Below are positions 41,039-51,449 of a DNA stretch of 64,000 nt, one piece after another. The notes beneath the pieces were generated by a model that saw only the letters and a program-made list of their open reading frames with translations, made no database searches and had not been told where the DNA came from. The position numbers and the translations under genes are program-made. Source of the stretch: Candidatus Marinacidobacterales bacterium (GTDB taxonomy: Bacteria; Acidobacteriota; Vicinamibacteria; Marinacidobacterales; DATDRI01); the NCBI GenBank assembly GCA_965219415.1, contig CBDCNP010000002.1, positions 3,808,001-3,872,000 on the forward strand. The letters run 5' to 3'. Each line of letters starts with the position of its first letter. Position 1 is the stretch's first letter.

Positions 41039-42523
41039 ATGGTTCTGGCTCACCTCAAGACCCTGTTTCGCCACTCCGCCATCTACGGAGCCGCCGACGT
41101 TTTCGGCACTCTAGTCAACTTCGTCCTCCTACCAATCCTCACCCGCCACCTCACCTCGACCGATTACGGCACGCTCGGCATTCTTCTGCTCTTCGGGGTC
41201 TCGACCAAGATTCTCTTCCGGATGGGGTTGGATTCGGCTTTCTTCCGCATCTATTACGAGCAGCAAAGTGACCGTGACCGGCGCGTCTTCACCACCACCA
41301 TCTTCACGACCGTCAGCCTGATCAGCCTCAGCCTGTTTGCATTGAGCGTCGCCCTCGCCGAGCCCATCAGCCGGCTCTTGTTGGGAAGCGACCAAGGCAA
41401 GCTGGTCGTACTCGTGGCGGCGGATACGCTCCTCATGGGTTTCGCCTTCGTTCCCATGAATCTCTTCCGCATCGAAGAACGGGCCGGTTACTTCGCGACG
41501 GCAACCGTTTTTCGAAACTCGCTCAATGCCGGCCTCAAGGTTTTTCTCGTTCTCCGCGGTTGGGGAGTGGAAGGAGTCTTGTGGTCGGACGTCCTCTCGT
41601 CAGCCCTCTTCGTAGTGGCACTCGTTCCAACCTTGCGGCGGAATCTCACTCTCGGTTACTCGACCGCCATGCTTCGCGAGGCCTTTGGCTTCGGACTACC
41701 CAAAGTGCCCCACGGGCTCGCCTACCAGGTACTCAACCTCGCCGATCGCAAGATTCTCGATTTCTTCTCCACCCGCGCCGAGGTCGGGCTCTACCACGTG
41801 GGCTACATGTTTGGGACCGGAATCAAGTTCCTGCTTTCCGCTTTCGAGCTGGCCTGGGGTCCTTTCGTCTACTCCCAATTGACTCAGAAGGACGCGCCCC
41901 GGACACTCGCCCGACTCGCCACCTACGTGGCCGTCGTGGTCGGCGGGTTCGGGTTGCTTCTCGCGGTGCTCGGCCGGGAGCTCCTCTACCTCATGACGGC
42001 TCCCGCCTTCCACGCCGCCTATTCGGTGATCCCGGTCATCGTCCTCGCCTATTCGATCCAAGGGCTCTTCACGCTCACTTCGATCGGGATCGGTATCAGC
42101 AAGAGAGCCTATTACTACCCAATCCTCACTTTCTCCGCGGCGTTCGTGAATATCAGCATGAATTTCTTGCTCGTTCCTCTATACGGGATGATAGGGGCCG
42201 CCTGGGCCACCGTCGGCGGTTACGCCATCATGGCTGGACTCGGCTACCTGTTTGCCAATCGCCACTACCCGATTCCCTTCGAGTGGAAGCGGATGGGCGT
42301 CGTCGGCTTGGCGGCAGTTTTCTCGTTTGCGGCTTCCCGTTTGGCTGGCGACCCCTCGCTGACTTCTTTCCTCATCAAGGTAGGGGCTTTGGCGATCTAT
42401 CCCACTGCTCTCTTCGCGTTCGGGTTCTTCCGGGAAGACGAGATCCGCAGACTCAAGCGTTTGATCGGCCGGACGCCCGACCAAGTTGAGCCAGCGCCGC
42501 CTCCATCACTCGATCCACGCTGA
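41039..42523 (+). CDS. wzx: Wzx-type oligosaccharide flippase
   Basis: SAIYG, LLPILTRHL..DYG, DRKIL...EVGLY, many TM segments. Confidence 0.88.
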   Translation: MVLAHLKTLFRHSAIYGAADVFGTLVNFVLLPILTRHLTSTDYGTLGILLLFGVSTKILFRMGLDSAFFRIYYEQQSDRDRRVFTTTIFTTVSLISLSLFALSVALAEPISRLLLGSDQGKLVVLVAADTLLMGFAFVPMNLFRIEERAGYFATATVFRNSLNAGLKVFLVLRGWGVEGVLWSDVLSSALFVVALVPTLRRNLTLGYSTAMLREAFGFGLPKVPHGLAYQVLNLADRKILDFFSTRAEVGLYHVGYMFGTGIKFLLSAFELAWGPFVYSQLTQKDAPRTLARLATYVAVVVGGFGLLLAVLGRELLYLMTAPAFHAAYSVIPVIVLAYSIQGLFTLTSIGIGISKRAYYYPILTFSAAFVNISMNFLLVPLYGMIGAAWATVGGYAIMAGLGYLFANRHYPIPFEWKRMGVVGLAAVFSFAASRLAGDPSLTSFLIKVGALAIYPTALFAFGFFREDEIRRLKRLIGRTPDQVEPAPPPSLDPR

Positions 42524-43697
42524 TCCCCCCAATACACTCCGGCGCCTCCGGGCGAGAGCATTCGGTCGGGGGCTTTCGAATCATGTTGCAGGGCGAACAA
42601 TAGACCTCGTTGCGAATCACGGTGCGATAGTCACCGTGCTCGGGTCGATAGCGGCGAGGATCCGACGGTCCGAATATGGCGACTCCGCGACTGCCTACCG
42701 CGTCGGCCAAATGCATCGGCCCGGTGTCTCCGGTTATGAACAGATCCAGTTTCTCGATGAGCGCTGTAAAACCTCGCAAACCCACTTCCCCGATCAATCG
42801 ATGGGGCGCGGTCCGGCATTTGGTCGCCACTTGTTCGACTAGAGCGCGGTCTGCGGGAGCACCGGTCAGGATGACGCTTCCCGAGGTCGACTCGGTCAAT
42901 CCATCAACAAGTGCGGCAAACTTGTGCACCTCCCATTGCTTGATCGCGCGTCCCGCACTCGGGTGAATTCCGATGAGGGGACGACGGGCGGTATCCAGGC
43001 CGTGTCGGTGGAGCAACTCTTCGGCTTGCCGCCGGTCCACGGGCAACAAGAAGTTGTAGGGCTCGATCGGCTCGGTAGTGTTCGCTTCAGGAAACAAGAC
43101 CTTAAGAAGCTCCACGTTCTGCCGGTACCAGCTCTTCGCTTCGTCCCAGAGACCGAGATGGGTCAGGAGATAGCCACCTCCGGTATCTCCATAACCGGCG
43201 CGCATCGACGCACCGGTGAACGCCATCAACAAATTGACGCGGACATCGCCCTGAAAATCCACGGCTAGATCGGGGGCCTCGCCCTCCTTCATCGCTCGCG
43301 CCGCCTGTCGCCATTGAGCCTTCTGCCCCCAAGCCGCCCAAGGGGCGTCTACGATTCGGAGGCGATCCACGAAAGGTAGTCCGCTCGCTATCTCTTCGTT
43401 CCAGCTGCCGACTGCGAGCTCGATCTGAGCGTCCGGTGCCAACTGTCGGAGCTCCTGGAGAGCCGGCAAGGTCATCAACAAATCGCCGAGCCGATCCAGC
43501 CTCAAAGCAAGTATGTGGCGAGCGGAACCTAGGTCGGGAGACGTCCCTCGAGGAGGGGCCCAGCCGGCAAGGGGCGCGGCAAGGCGGAGCATGAGATCGA
43601 AACCCGCGAGCGCCCATCGCTCGCCGCGATCGTAGACGCGCGGGCCGCCGTACTTAAGTCGACGCGCCGCTAGATCGCGTGACGGACCGAAAGACAT
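42453..43697 (-). CDS. Glycosyltransferase family 9 (heptosyltransferase-like); start uncertain
   Basis: RLDRLGDLLMTLP, IHPSAG..KQW, GDTGPMHLA, IFGPS, CSPC. Confidence 0.88.
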   Translation of the reverse strand: MSFGPSRDLAARRLKYGGPRVYDRGERWALAGFDLMLRLAAPLAGWAPPRGTSPDLGSARHILALRLDRLGDLLMTLPALQELRQLAPDAQIELAVGSWNEEIASGLPFVDRLRIVDAPWAAWGQKAQWRQAARAMKEGEAPDLAVDFQGDVRVNLLMAFTGASMRAGYGDTGGGYLLTHLGLWDEAKSWYRQNVELLKVLFPEANTTEPIEPYNFLLPVDRRQAEELLHRHGLDTARRPLIGIHPSAGRAIKQWEVHKFAALVDGLTESTSGSVILTGAPADRALVEQVATKCRTAPHRLIGEVGLRGFTALIEKLDLFITGDTGPMHLADAVGSRGVAIFGPSDPRRYRPEHGDYRTVIRNEVYCSPCNMIRKPPTECSRPEAPECIGGISVDRVMEAALAQLGRASGRSNA

Positions 43698-44889
43698 CTT
43701 CGAACTGTTCTCCCACCCGGCCCCAGTCGAATACGGACCGTGCCTTTTCTCTCGCCCTTGTTCCGAGCGCGTTTCGTCGCTCCGGCGAGCGCAGAAGCTC
43801 GAGAATTGAATCTGCTAAAGCCTTCGGGTCCCGCTCCGGAACAAGAAGCGCTTCTTTGCCTTGGCTCACCGCTTGGGGAATCCCTGCTACCGCACTCGCT
43901 ACGATCGGCGATCCGGAAGCCAGTGCTTCCAGCATGACGTTGGGAAGACCATCTACGTTGCCCGCATCGTCGTGCATCGAAGGGACCGCGGTGACCGTGG
44001 CCGCGCCGTAGTATGCGGGAAGCTCGTCTCGTAAAACGTTTCCCACCAACATTAAGTTTCCACTCACCCCCGCGTGAGCCGCGCGCTCGAATAATGTTTT
44101 CTCTAGATCACCACTTCCCGCGATGACGACTCTCATATCAGAATGTGCCGCCACGAGATCCGGCAAAGCCTCGACCAGCACTTCGAAGCCCTTCTTGTGC
44201 ACCAGCCTTCCCACCGCCAGCACCATGGGCTGGTCGGTGCCAAGACCGAGCTTTTTGCGCAGCTTGACCGACTCTTCGGAAGGGCCTCGGAATTGCTCGG
44301 TATCCACGCCGTACGGAATGGTCTGCGGGCGAGACGGCGCGCCCAAACGCTGACTCCTCTCCGCGAGGTCGTTGCTACAGGCGGTCGCCGCCGCGGCGCG
44401 GCGAAAAGTGAATCTTGCCGCCCGACGAAACAAAAACTTCTTCTCCGAGAGAAAGACGTCCGATCCATGGAGGCTTACCACGAGGGGCACACCGCCGAGC
44501 CATGCGGCCGGTAACGCCATCGCACCATTGGGAACGACCCAATGAGCGTGCACCAGATCATAGCCACCGTGTCGAACCTCGAGCATCATTCTTGTAGTGC
44601 CCGATGCGAGGGCTAAGGGTGAAACAAGGTACGTGGAGCGCCGCACCGTCACGTCCGCGTGCAGCGCCTCCGCGTAGCCGAATACCTGGAGGCTCCTGGT
44701 CGGCGCATATCGGTATGCCTCGAAGGACACTCCCGGCGCGGACGCGGGACCCAGATCCGCTCGGGCGGGCAGCACCACCGTCAGCTGGTGTCCCCTCGCC
44801 GCCAATGCGTGCGTAATCGACTGGATGAACGGAGCGGTCGTATCTCCTGGGTACTTGGGATACGAAGAGGTCAGGACGAGAATCTTCAC
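43654..44889 (-). CDS. Glycosyltransferase family 4
   Basis: LTSSYP, HAHWVVP, HGSDV, GRLVHKKG, DGLPNVMLEA. Confidence 0.9.
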   Translation of the reverse strand: MKILVLTSSYPKYPGDTTAPFIQSITHALAARGHQLTVVLPARADLGPASAPGVSFEAYRYAPTRSLQVFGYAEALHADVTVRRSTYLVSPLALASGTTRMMLEVRHGGYDLVHAHWVVPNGAMALPAAWLGGVPLVVSLHGSDVFLSEKKFLFRRAARFTFRRAAAATACSNDLAERSQRLGAPSRPQTIPYGVDTEQFRGPSEESVKLRKKLGLGTDQPMVLAVGRLVHKKGFEVLVEALPDLVAAHSDMRVVIAGSGDLEKTLFERAAHAGVSGNLMLVGNVLRDELPAYYGAATVTAVPSMHDDAGNVDGLPNVMLEALASGSPIVASAVAGIPQAVSQGKEALLVPERDPKALADSILELLRSPERRNALGTRAREKARSVFDWGRVGEQFEDVFRSVTRSSGAST

Positions 44890-45073
44890 CGCAAGGTTTT
44901 GTGAGCGCCCGTAATTATATCATTTTCCGACGACTGGCTCGTTTGATAACAGCAACGCGACAGTTCGGCGTCCAACAACGAACTCGCGAGGGATTTGCCG
45001 TCCCTCGGTTGGTTAGCCCTAGGCCGCGTGCTATGATCTGGGTCGGAGTTTTCGCGGGAGAGTGCGCTAAAAG

Positions 45074-47596
45074 ATGGAAGCTATGAACAACGTCTTGTTC
45101 CGGCACTGCACCGAACGGGTGATCGAGGCGATCAATATCGGCTCCATGGAGCTCGTCAACCTCAAGCAGAACGAGCTCTCTCCCGAGTTCGTTCTCATAG
45201 GGCTGCTGGAACAAGACGACTCGGAGGTGTTACGTCTGTTCAAGGATCTCGGACGCGATCCCGCCGAGACCAAGAAATCCATCCTCGATCTCGTTTACGC
45301 CGCGCAGCGGCACAAGGCCAAGCTCCACCGTGATGGGCCGGTGCAAATCTTGGTGTCCTCGCAGGCCGCGGAGCTGCTGCGCATGGCCAAAGAAGAGGCC
45401 GACAACCTCGGAGATCGATTCATCGGTGCCGGCGCGATGTTTTTGGCGCTTCATCGAGAGCCCGCTGGCCTTTCGGCTCGGATCCTCCGCGAAATGGGGT
45501 TCCGTGCCGACCGCACCAAGGAAGCGGTGCAGCGCATGCGGGGAGGCCGCACCGTTGACGACCGCCGGGCTGCCGACAGCAAGTTCGAGACCCTGCAAAA
45601 ATACACTTCCGATCTCACGGAGCTGGCCCGCAAGGGCGAGCTCGATCCGGTGGTAGGCCGCGAAGAAGAGATCCGGCGTGTCATTCAGATCCTCTCCCGA
45701 CGAAAGAAGAACAACCCCGTGCTCATCGGAGAGCCGGGGGTCGGAAAGACCGTCATTGTGGAAGGACTGGCGCAGCGGATCGTCGACTCCGAGGTCCCTG
45801 AGACGCTTCTCAACAAGCGCGTCCTCATGTTGGAGATGAGTGAGGTCGTCGCCGGTTCCAAGTTCCGCGGCGAGTTCGAGGAGCGCCTCAAGACCATCAA
45901 AGACGAAGTGCTCTCCGCCGACGGACAGATCATCTTGTTCATCGACGAGCTCCATACGGTAGTGGGGGCGGGCAACGTCGAAGGAGGCCTGGACGCTTCG
46001 AACATGCTGAAGAGCGCCTTGGCGCGTGGCCAGCTCCGCTGCATCGGGGCGACCACCCTCGAAGATTACAAGAAGCATATCGAGAAAGACAAGGCCCTCG
46101 AGCGACGCTTCCAGAGCGTTCTGATCTCCGAGCCCGGCGTCGAAGAAACGCATCTGATCTTGAAGGGATTGCAGAGACGCTACGAGCTCCACCACGATGT
46201 GAAATTCACCGATGAGTCCTTGATGGCCGCCGCCAAGCTCTCTGAGCGATACATCACCGACCGGTTCCTGCCGGACAAAGCGCTCGACCTCATGGACGAG
46301 GCCGGCTCACGAAAGCACTTGGAGCTCGTCTACGCGCCCCCAGAGGTCCGCGCCCTCAAGCGCGACCGCGAAAAACTCGGCGCCGACCAGCGCGATGCAT
46401 ATAATCAGCGGGACTACGAGCGCGCCGCCTTGGCACGACACAGCATCATCCGAATCGACAAAGAGCTGAAAGAAAAGGTTTCGGCGTGGCGCGACGCACG
46501 AAGTCCTCAGGATTCGACTGTGACGAGTGAGGATATCGCTGGCGTGGTTGCCGGCTGGACGGGAATTCCGCTAACGCGCATGTTGGAGTCGGAGGCGGAA
46601 AAGCTTACGCGGATGGAGGACAACATCCACCGGCGCATCATTGGGCAAGAAAACGCCGTGGCAGCCGTCTCGAACGCCATTCGAAGAAACCGTGCCGGTC
46701 TCAAGGGCAATTCGCGCCCCATCGGATCATTCATCTTCCTCGGGCCCACCGGTGTCGGCAAGACGGAACTCGCCAAGGCGCTTGCCGAGTTCTTGCTCGA
46801 CGACGAGGAGCGACTCATTCGCATGGACATGAGCGAGTACATGGAGCGACACTCGGTCTCCAAGCTCATCGGTTCCCCCCCCGGCTACGTCGGTTACGGT
46901 GAAGGAGGGCAGCTAACCGAGAGAGTACGCCGCAATCCTTACACCGTCTTGCTACTGGACGAGATCGAAAAGGCCCACCCCGACGTTTTCAACCTTCTCC
47001 TTCAGATACTGGACGACGGGCGACTGACAGACGCGCAGGGCCGGACCGTCAGCTTCGTCAATACCATCATCATCGGGACCTCTAATATCGGTAGCGAGGA
47101 CATCACCCGCGAGTACACGAGCATTGGTTTCTCGAGCCCGGTACCCTCCGTCAAGTACGAGGAGATCAAGAGGCGGGTGATGCGCGAGGTCAAAAAGGTC
47201 TTCAAACCAGAGCTGTTGAACCGCATCGATGACCTCATCGTTTTCCACCAGCTCGATGAGCAGCACATCCGCCAGATCGTGGAGCTGGTACTGGTCGACT
47301 TGGAGAATCGTCTCGCCGAACAGGGTCTTCTCATACAAGTTGCTCTGGCGGTCAAGGAGAAGCTGGCCGCTGACGGTTTCGACCCGCTCTTCGGCGCACG
47401 TCCCCTGAAACGCGGAGTTGAGACGCAGGTTGAAAACATCCTGGCGCAGAAGCTCATCGCCGGCGAGTTCTTCAAAGGCGATACCGTACGGGTAGACCTG
47501 GTGAACGGAGAGATCGTTTTTCAGCGGGGTGCGACCGAGCTGGCCCCCCAATCGGTGAACGCAGTCCCCGGTCCCGACGGGGCGCAGTCCGACTAA
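45074..47596 (+). CDS. clpC: ATP-dependent Clp protease ATP-binding subunit ClpC
   Basis: Double Clp-N domain, GEPGVGKT and GPTGVGKT Walker A motifs, short coiled-coil, IGF ClpP-binding loop. Confidence 0.9.
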   Translation: MEAMNNVLFRHCTERVIEAINIGSMELVNLKQNELSPEFVLIGLLEQDDSEVLRLFKDLGRDPAETKKSILDLVYAAQRHKAKLHRDGPVQILVSSQAAELLRMAKEEADNLGDRFIGAGAMFLALHREPAGLSARILREMGFRADRTKEAVQRMRGGRTVDDRRAADSKFETLQKYTSDLTELARKGELDPVVGREEEIRRVIQILSRRKKNNPVLIGEPGVGKTVIVEGLAQRIVDSEVPETLLNKRVLMLEMSEVVAGSKFRGEFEERLKTIKDEVLSADGQIILFIDELHTVVGAGNVEGGLDASNMLKSALARGQLRCIGATTLEDYKKHIEKDKALERRFQSVLISEPGVEETHLILKGLQRRYELHHDVKFTDESLMAAAKLSERYITDRFLPDKALDLMDEAGSRKHLELVYAPPEVRALKRDREKLGADQRDAYNQRDYERAALARHSIIRIDKELKEKVSAWRDARSPQDSTVTSEDIAGVVAGWTGIPLTRMLESEAEKLTRMEDNIHRRIIGQENAVAAVSNAIRRNRAGLKGNSRPIGSFIFLGPTGVGKTELAKALAEFLLDDEERLIRMDMSEYMERHSVSKLIGSPPGYVGYGEGGQLTERVRRNPYTVLLLDEIEKAHPDVFNLLLQILDDGRLTDAQGRTVSFVNTIIIGTSNIGSEDITREYTSIGFSSPVPSVKYEEIKRRVMREVKKVFKPELLNRIDDLIVFHQLDEQHIRQIVELVLVDLENRLAEQGLLIQVALAVKEKLAADGFDPLFGARPLKRGVETQVENILAQKLIAGEFFKGDTVRVDLVNGEIVFQRGATELAPQSVNAVPGPDGAQSD

Positions 47597-47631
47597 AGCG
47601 AGGGTCCAGGCGCCCTCCCCTCAACTCTTCG

Positions 47632-49200
47632 ATGTTGTCGTCATCGAAAACCGTTTCCTACGTCGCGCTTCTCTCACTGGTGGGGCTCCTCGCTAGCTCC
47701 TGCGAATCCCCTCCTGCCATCGTGGCGCCCGCTCCTCCGAATCTACTCCTCATCAGCATCGAGACATTCCGCGCCGACCGACTGCGCGCCAACGGATATC
47801 GTCGGAGGACAACTCCCAACTTAGATCGCCTTGCGAGAGAGGGCGCGAACTTCCGGCAGGCGATCGCCCAAGCGCCGTTCACGCTACCGTCGCTCGCCAC
47901 GATGATGACCGGGCTCACTCCTCCCCTTCACGGGGTTCGCAATCACCCGGCCACCTTGTCCCCCGAGTTGACGACCCTCGCCGAGCACTTGGAGCAATCC
48001 GGGTACAGGACCGCGGCGATGACGCGACACAGTTGGCTCAGAAGAAAATCGGGTTTCGACCAAGGCTTTGCCGAGTACCACAACAACAAGTTTTCGGCTG
48101 GCCTCGATGCGAGGAGCTTGTCACTCGCCGCGGAGGACTGGCTCCGCGCGCAAGGGGGCGAACCGTTCTTTCTTTGGCTTCACTTCATCGATCCCCACTT
48201 GCCGTATACGCCGGGTTACCCATACTCGACGCTGTGGAATGGCGATCACCGCGACGACTCTCAGGTCAAGCACTTGCGCTCGATGATGCGACGAGAGCTC
48301 GAGACTTTTCTTCCGACGCCTTATGCCGATCTCTCTGGTGGCCCCTACCTCGACTTGGTATTGCGTTACTACCCGGACAACGAAGCGCTGTTGGATCTGG
48401 TCTTGCGGCGCCGACCCCGCGGGGAGATCTTCTTCGGCAAAGTTCAGTACTCGGAACAATCGCTGCAAGAGGTTCGCAACCTCTACGACGGCACTGTCCT
48501 TTATACCGACGACAATCTGGCGCGCGTTCTGGCGGCGCTCGGCGATTTGGGGCTCGAAGACAACACCCTCGTCGCCGTCGTTGGGGACCACGGCGAATCG
48601 CTCGGCGAGCACGATCTCTTCTTCACACATGACTTCTCTCTATACGACGAGGTTCTTCGCGTCCCGCTGATCCTTCGCATGCCAGGACGGATCCCTCCGG
48701 GGACTGTAGTCGATCAACAGGTTCGCCTAGCGGATCTGGCCCCCACGTTTCTCGATTTATTGGGGGCCGACGCCATGGAGAGAGCGGAGGGAGTCAGCCT
48801 AGCCCCCCTGATGGCGGGAGAATCGCTCCCGTTCCTCCCGGCTTTCGCGGAAAGTGCTCCTTATCGCAGGCTCTTTCCCGAGCAGAGTCGGATCTACTAC
48901 GAGGGCAACCTCGGAAAGTGGAGAATGGTTCGTACGGAAAAGTGGAAGCTCATTCTCATCCCCAATCCCACAGGGGACATTTATGAGCTCTATGATCTGG
49001 AGTCGGACCCTGCCGAAACGACGAATCTATACGAAAAGCTACCGGGTGAAGCGGGAAAGCTGTTGCCGTTGCTAGAAGGCTGGTTGGCCGGCGATCCCGA
49101 TCGCAACTCCGATCGCAGTGCGGAAGAAGAACGGGCGCTCGAGGCGCTCGATCCGGCGGCTAGGCAACAGCTGGAAACGCTCGGCTATATTGGTAATTAG
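47632..49200 (+). CDS. Sulfatase-like hydrolase/transferase lipoprotein
   Basis: Lipobox ASSC, ISIETFRAD, TLPSLATMMTG, WLHFIDPH, VGDHGE, ELYDL..DP.E, LGYI. Confidence 0.85.
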   Translation: MLSSSKTVSYVALLSLVGLLASSCESPPAIVAPAPPNLLLISIETFRADRLRANGYRRRTTPNLDRLAREGANFRQAIAQAPFTLPSLATMMTGLTPPLHGVRNHPATLSPELTTLAEHLEQSGYRTAAMTRHSWLRRKSGFDQGFAEYHNNKFSAGLDARSLSLAAEDWLRAQGGEPFFLWLHFIDPHLPYTPGYPYSTLWNGDHRDDSQVKHLRSMMRRELETFLPTPYADLSGGPYLDLVLRYYPDNEALLDLVLRRRPRGEIFFGKVQYSEQSLQEVRNLYDGTVLYTDDNLARVLAALGDLGLEDNTLVAVVGDHGESLGEHDLFFTHDFSLYDEVLRVPLILRMPGRIPPGTVVDQQVRLADLAPTFLDLLGADAMERAEGVSLAPLMAGESLPFLPAFAESAPYRRLFPEQSRIYYEGNLGKWRMVRTEKWKLILIPNPTGDIYELYDLESDPAETTNLYEKLPGEAGKLLPLLEGWLAGDPDRNSDRSAEEERALEALDPAARQQLETLGYIGN

Positions 49201-50288
49201 CAATCACCGAAGGAGGTCCCCAGGTCCCGCGCGGCGCGGATGATATCCGACCTCTTCGGCACGCGCTTCAATCGTCCCACCGCTTTCTCAAGAGGAACGG
49301 AAGTAATCGCCGGAGGAGCCAGTGCCACCATACGCCCCCATCCTCTATCCCGAGCGAGGCGTACTGCCGCGGAGCCGAAGCGCGTACCCAGCAGGCGATC
49401 GAAGTTCGTCGGCTGGCCACCACGCTGAAGGTGCCCCAACACGAGCGACCGGCATTCCTGCCCGGTGACCACTTCGATTTGCTCGGCAACCTGCTCGCCG
49501 ATGCCACCTAGCCGTCCCTCGTAGCCCTTCCCGACGTTTTCTCGGAAAAGCTTCATTCCCCCGACCGGTGTGGCACCCTCCGCGACGACGACGATACTGA
49601 AATTTCGCCCCCGTCGATTTCGGTTGCGGATCTTTTCCACCACCGCAGCCATGTCGAATGGAATCTCCGGGATCAGAATCACATCCGCACCACCCGCAAC
49701 CCCCGAGTGCAGAGCGATCCATCCCGTGTTGCGGCCCATGACTTCCAATACCATCACACGCCGGTGACTGGAAGCCGTCGTGTGAAGACGATCGAGAGCC
49801 TCCGTGGCAACGCTCACCGCGGTGTCGAAGCCGAAAGTAATGACCGTTCCCGAGAGGTCATTGTCGATCGTCTTCGGGACACCCACAACGGGCAAGCCCT
49901 TGCGGAATAATCCCAGAGCAATGGACAGCGTTCCATCGCCGCCGACCACGACGAGTCCCTCGAGCCCCAGGGTCCGAAAGTTCTTGACCACCTCATCAGA
50001 TCGATCTCGGTACTCGACACCGGAGGGTGTCTCTACCGGAAACTTGAAGGGATGCCCTCGGTTGCTGGTACCTAGTATGGTGCCGCCGGTGTGAAGAATG
50101 CCTCGGACGTCTTTGGGCTTGAACAGTCTCGTCTTCTTCGTCTGGAGCAAACCGCCGAAGCTTTCTTCGATTCCCAGTACTTGCCAACCGATGTTGTGGG
50201 CGGTACGGAAAACCGCGCGGATCACTGCATTCAATCCCGGGCAGTCTCCGCCGCCGGTCAAAATGCCGATTCGTTTGGTTTTTCCCAT
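49197..50288 (-). CDS. pfkA: 6-phosphofructokinase (ATP-type GGDG motif)
   Basis: TGGGDCPGLN, GGDGT, PKTIDND, EVMGR, LGHLQRGG. Confidence 0.93.
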   Translation of the reverse strand: MGKTKRIGILTGGGDCPGLNAVIRAVFRTAHNIGWQVLGIEESFGGLLQTKKTRLFKPKDVRGILHTGGTILGTSNRGHPFKFPVETPSGVEYRDRSDEVVKNFRTLGLEGLVVVGGDGTLSIALGLFRKGLPVVGVPKTIDNDLSGTVITFGFDTAVSVATEALDRLHTTASSHRRVMVLEVMGRNTGWIALHSGVAGGADVILIPEIPFDMAAVVEKIRNRNRRGRNFSIVVVAEGATPVGGMKLFRENVGKGYEGRLGGIGEQVAEQIEVVTGQECRSLVLGHLQRGGQPTNFDRLLGTRFGSAAVRLARDRGWGRMVALAPPAITSVPLEKAVGRLKRVPKRSDIIRAARDLGTSFGDC

Positions 50289-50306
50289 TCGATGGCTGGA
50301 CGCGAT

Positions 50307-51449
50307 CTAGCGGTAAAAAGAAACAATGGCGCGCACGACACGCTCGACCTGGGCCTCGTCAAGCTCCGGATAGAGCGGCAGGGAAACGATCTCCTGTGCG
50401 GCGCGCTCCGCTTCCGGACAGGCCCCCTCACCTTGCCCCAAGCCTCGATACGCCGGTTGAAGGTGCGCCGGGACCGGGTAGTGGATGAGGGTCTTTACTC
50501 CGGCTTCCGACAAGGCTTCCCGTAAGCGATCCCGCTCCGGGGCGCGTGCGACCAAGAGGTGAGTCGCCGTTTCGGTGTCGGGGAGAGCCTCTACCCAAGC
50601 GAGGGGCGTCTCGGCGAGGGCTTCGCGATATTGAGCGGCAAGATTCCGCCGGCGCTCGTTCCAGCCCGAAAGGTGTGGGAGCTTTGCGCGCAACACCGCG
50701 GCCTGAAGCTCATCCAATCGACTGTTGAACCCGACTTCTTCATGCACATAGCGGTTCGATTGTCCCCCGTTCCGGAGTCGACGGATCCGCAATGCCAGTT
50801 CCTGGTCGTCGGTGGTGACGAGACCCCCGTCTCCGAGAGCGCCAAGATTCTTGGTGGGATAGAAACTGAAACAGCCCGCACGCCCCCAACCTCCCACCGG
50901 CCGTCCACCGAACGTCGCGCCATGCGCCTGGCAAGCATCTTCGACGACGGGAATGCCTTTCTTATCGGCCAACTCTAAGAGCGCGGGCATCTCGCTGGGA
51001 CTCCCGTAAAGGTGAACGGGTAGCAAAGCTTTGGTACGCGTGCTCATTTTTTCGAAAACCGAGCGTGGCGAGAGGTTCAAGGTCACCGGGTCCACATCCG
51101 CGAAGACCGGCCGGGCGCCAGTGCGGCTGATCGCCAACGCGGTAAAGGTCGCGGTCATGGGGCTCGTGATGACGTCATCCCCGGGCCCCACCCCGAGTGA
51201 TAGAAGCGCTAGCGTCATCGCGTCGGTTCCGGAGGCCACTCCGACCGCGTGTGCGGTCCCCGACATCGACGCGAACTCCCGTTCGAAGGCTTCCACTTCC
51301 GGACCCAAGACGAACCAGCCGCTTTCTATCACGCGGGTCAAAGCATCTCGGATCTCCACGGCGAGCGCCGCGTGTTGGGCGGTCAGGTCGACAAAAGGAA
51401 TGGGGGGGATGGGTTGTTCGGCGTTGTTTTGGGAAGGCACCTTAGCCAA
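50307..51449 (-). CDS. DegT/DnrJ/EryC1/StrS sugar aminotransferase
   Basis: EDACQAHG, SFYPTKNLGALGDGG, NSRLDELQAA. Confidence 0.93.
   Translation of the reverse strand: MAKVPSQNNAEQPIPPIPFVDLTAQHAALAVEIRDALTRVIESGWFVLGPEVEAFEREFASMSGTAHAVGVASGTDAMTLALLSLGVGPGDDVITSPMTATFTALAISRTGARPVFADVDPVTLNLSPRSVFEKMSTRTKALLPVHLYGSPSEMPALLELADKKGIPVVEDACQAHGATFGGRPVGGWGRAGCFSFYPTKNLGALGDGGLVTTDDQELALRIRRLRNGGQSNRYVHEEVGFNSRLDELQAAVLRAKLPHLSGWNERRRNLAAQYREALAETPLAWVEALPDTETATHLLVARAPERDRLREALSEAGVKTLIHYPVPAHLQPAYRGLGQGEGACPEAERAAQEIVSLPLYPELDEAQVERVVRAIVSFYR

Noticed and set aside
45010-45072. CIRCE/HrcA operator upstream of clpC (TTAGCCCT...GTGCTAT)
   Set aside because: Spacing and half-sites do not fit TTAGCACTC-N9-GAGTGCTAA; TGCTATGAT is better read as an extended -10.
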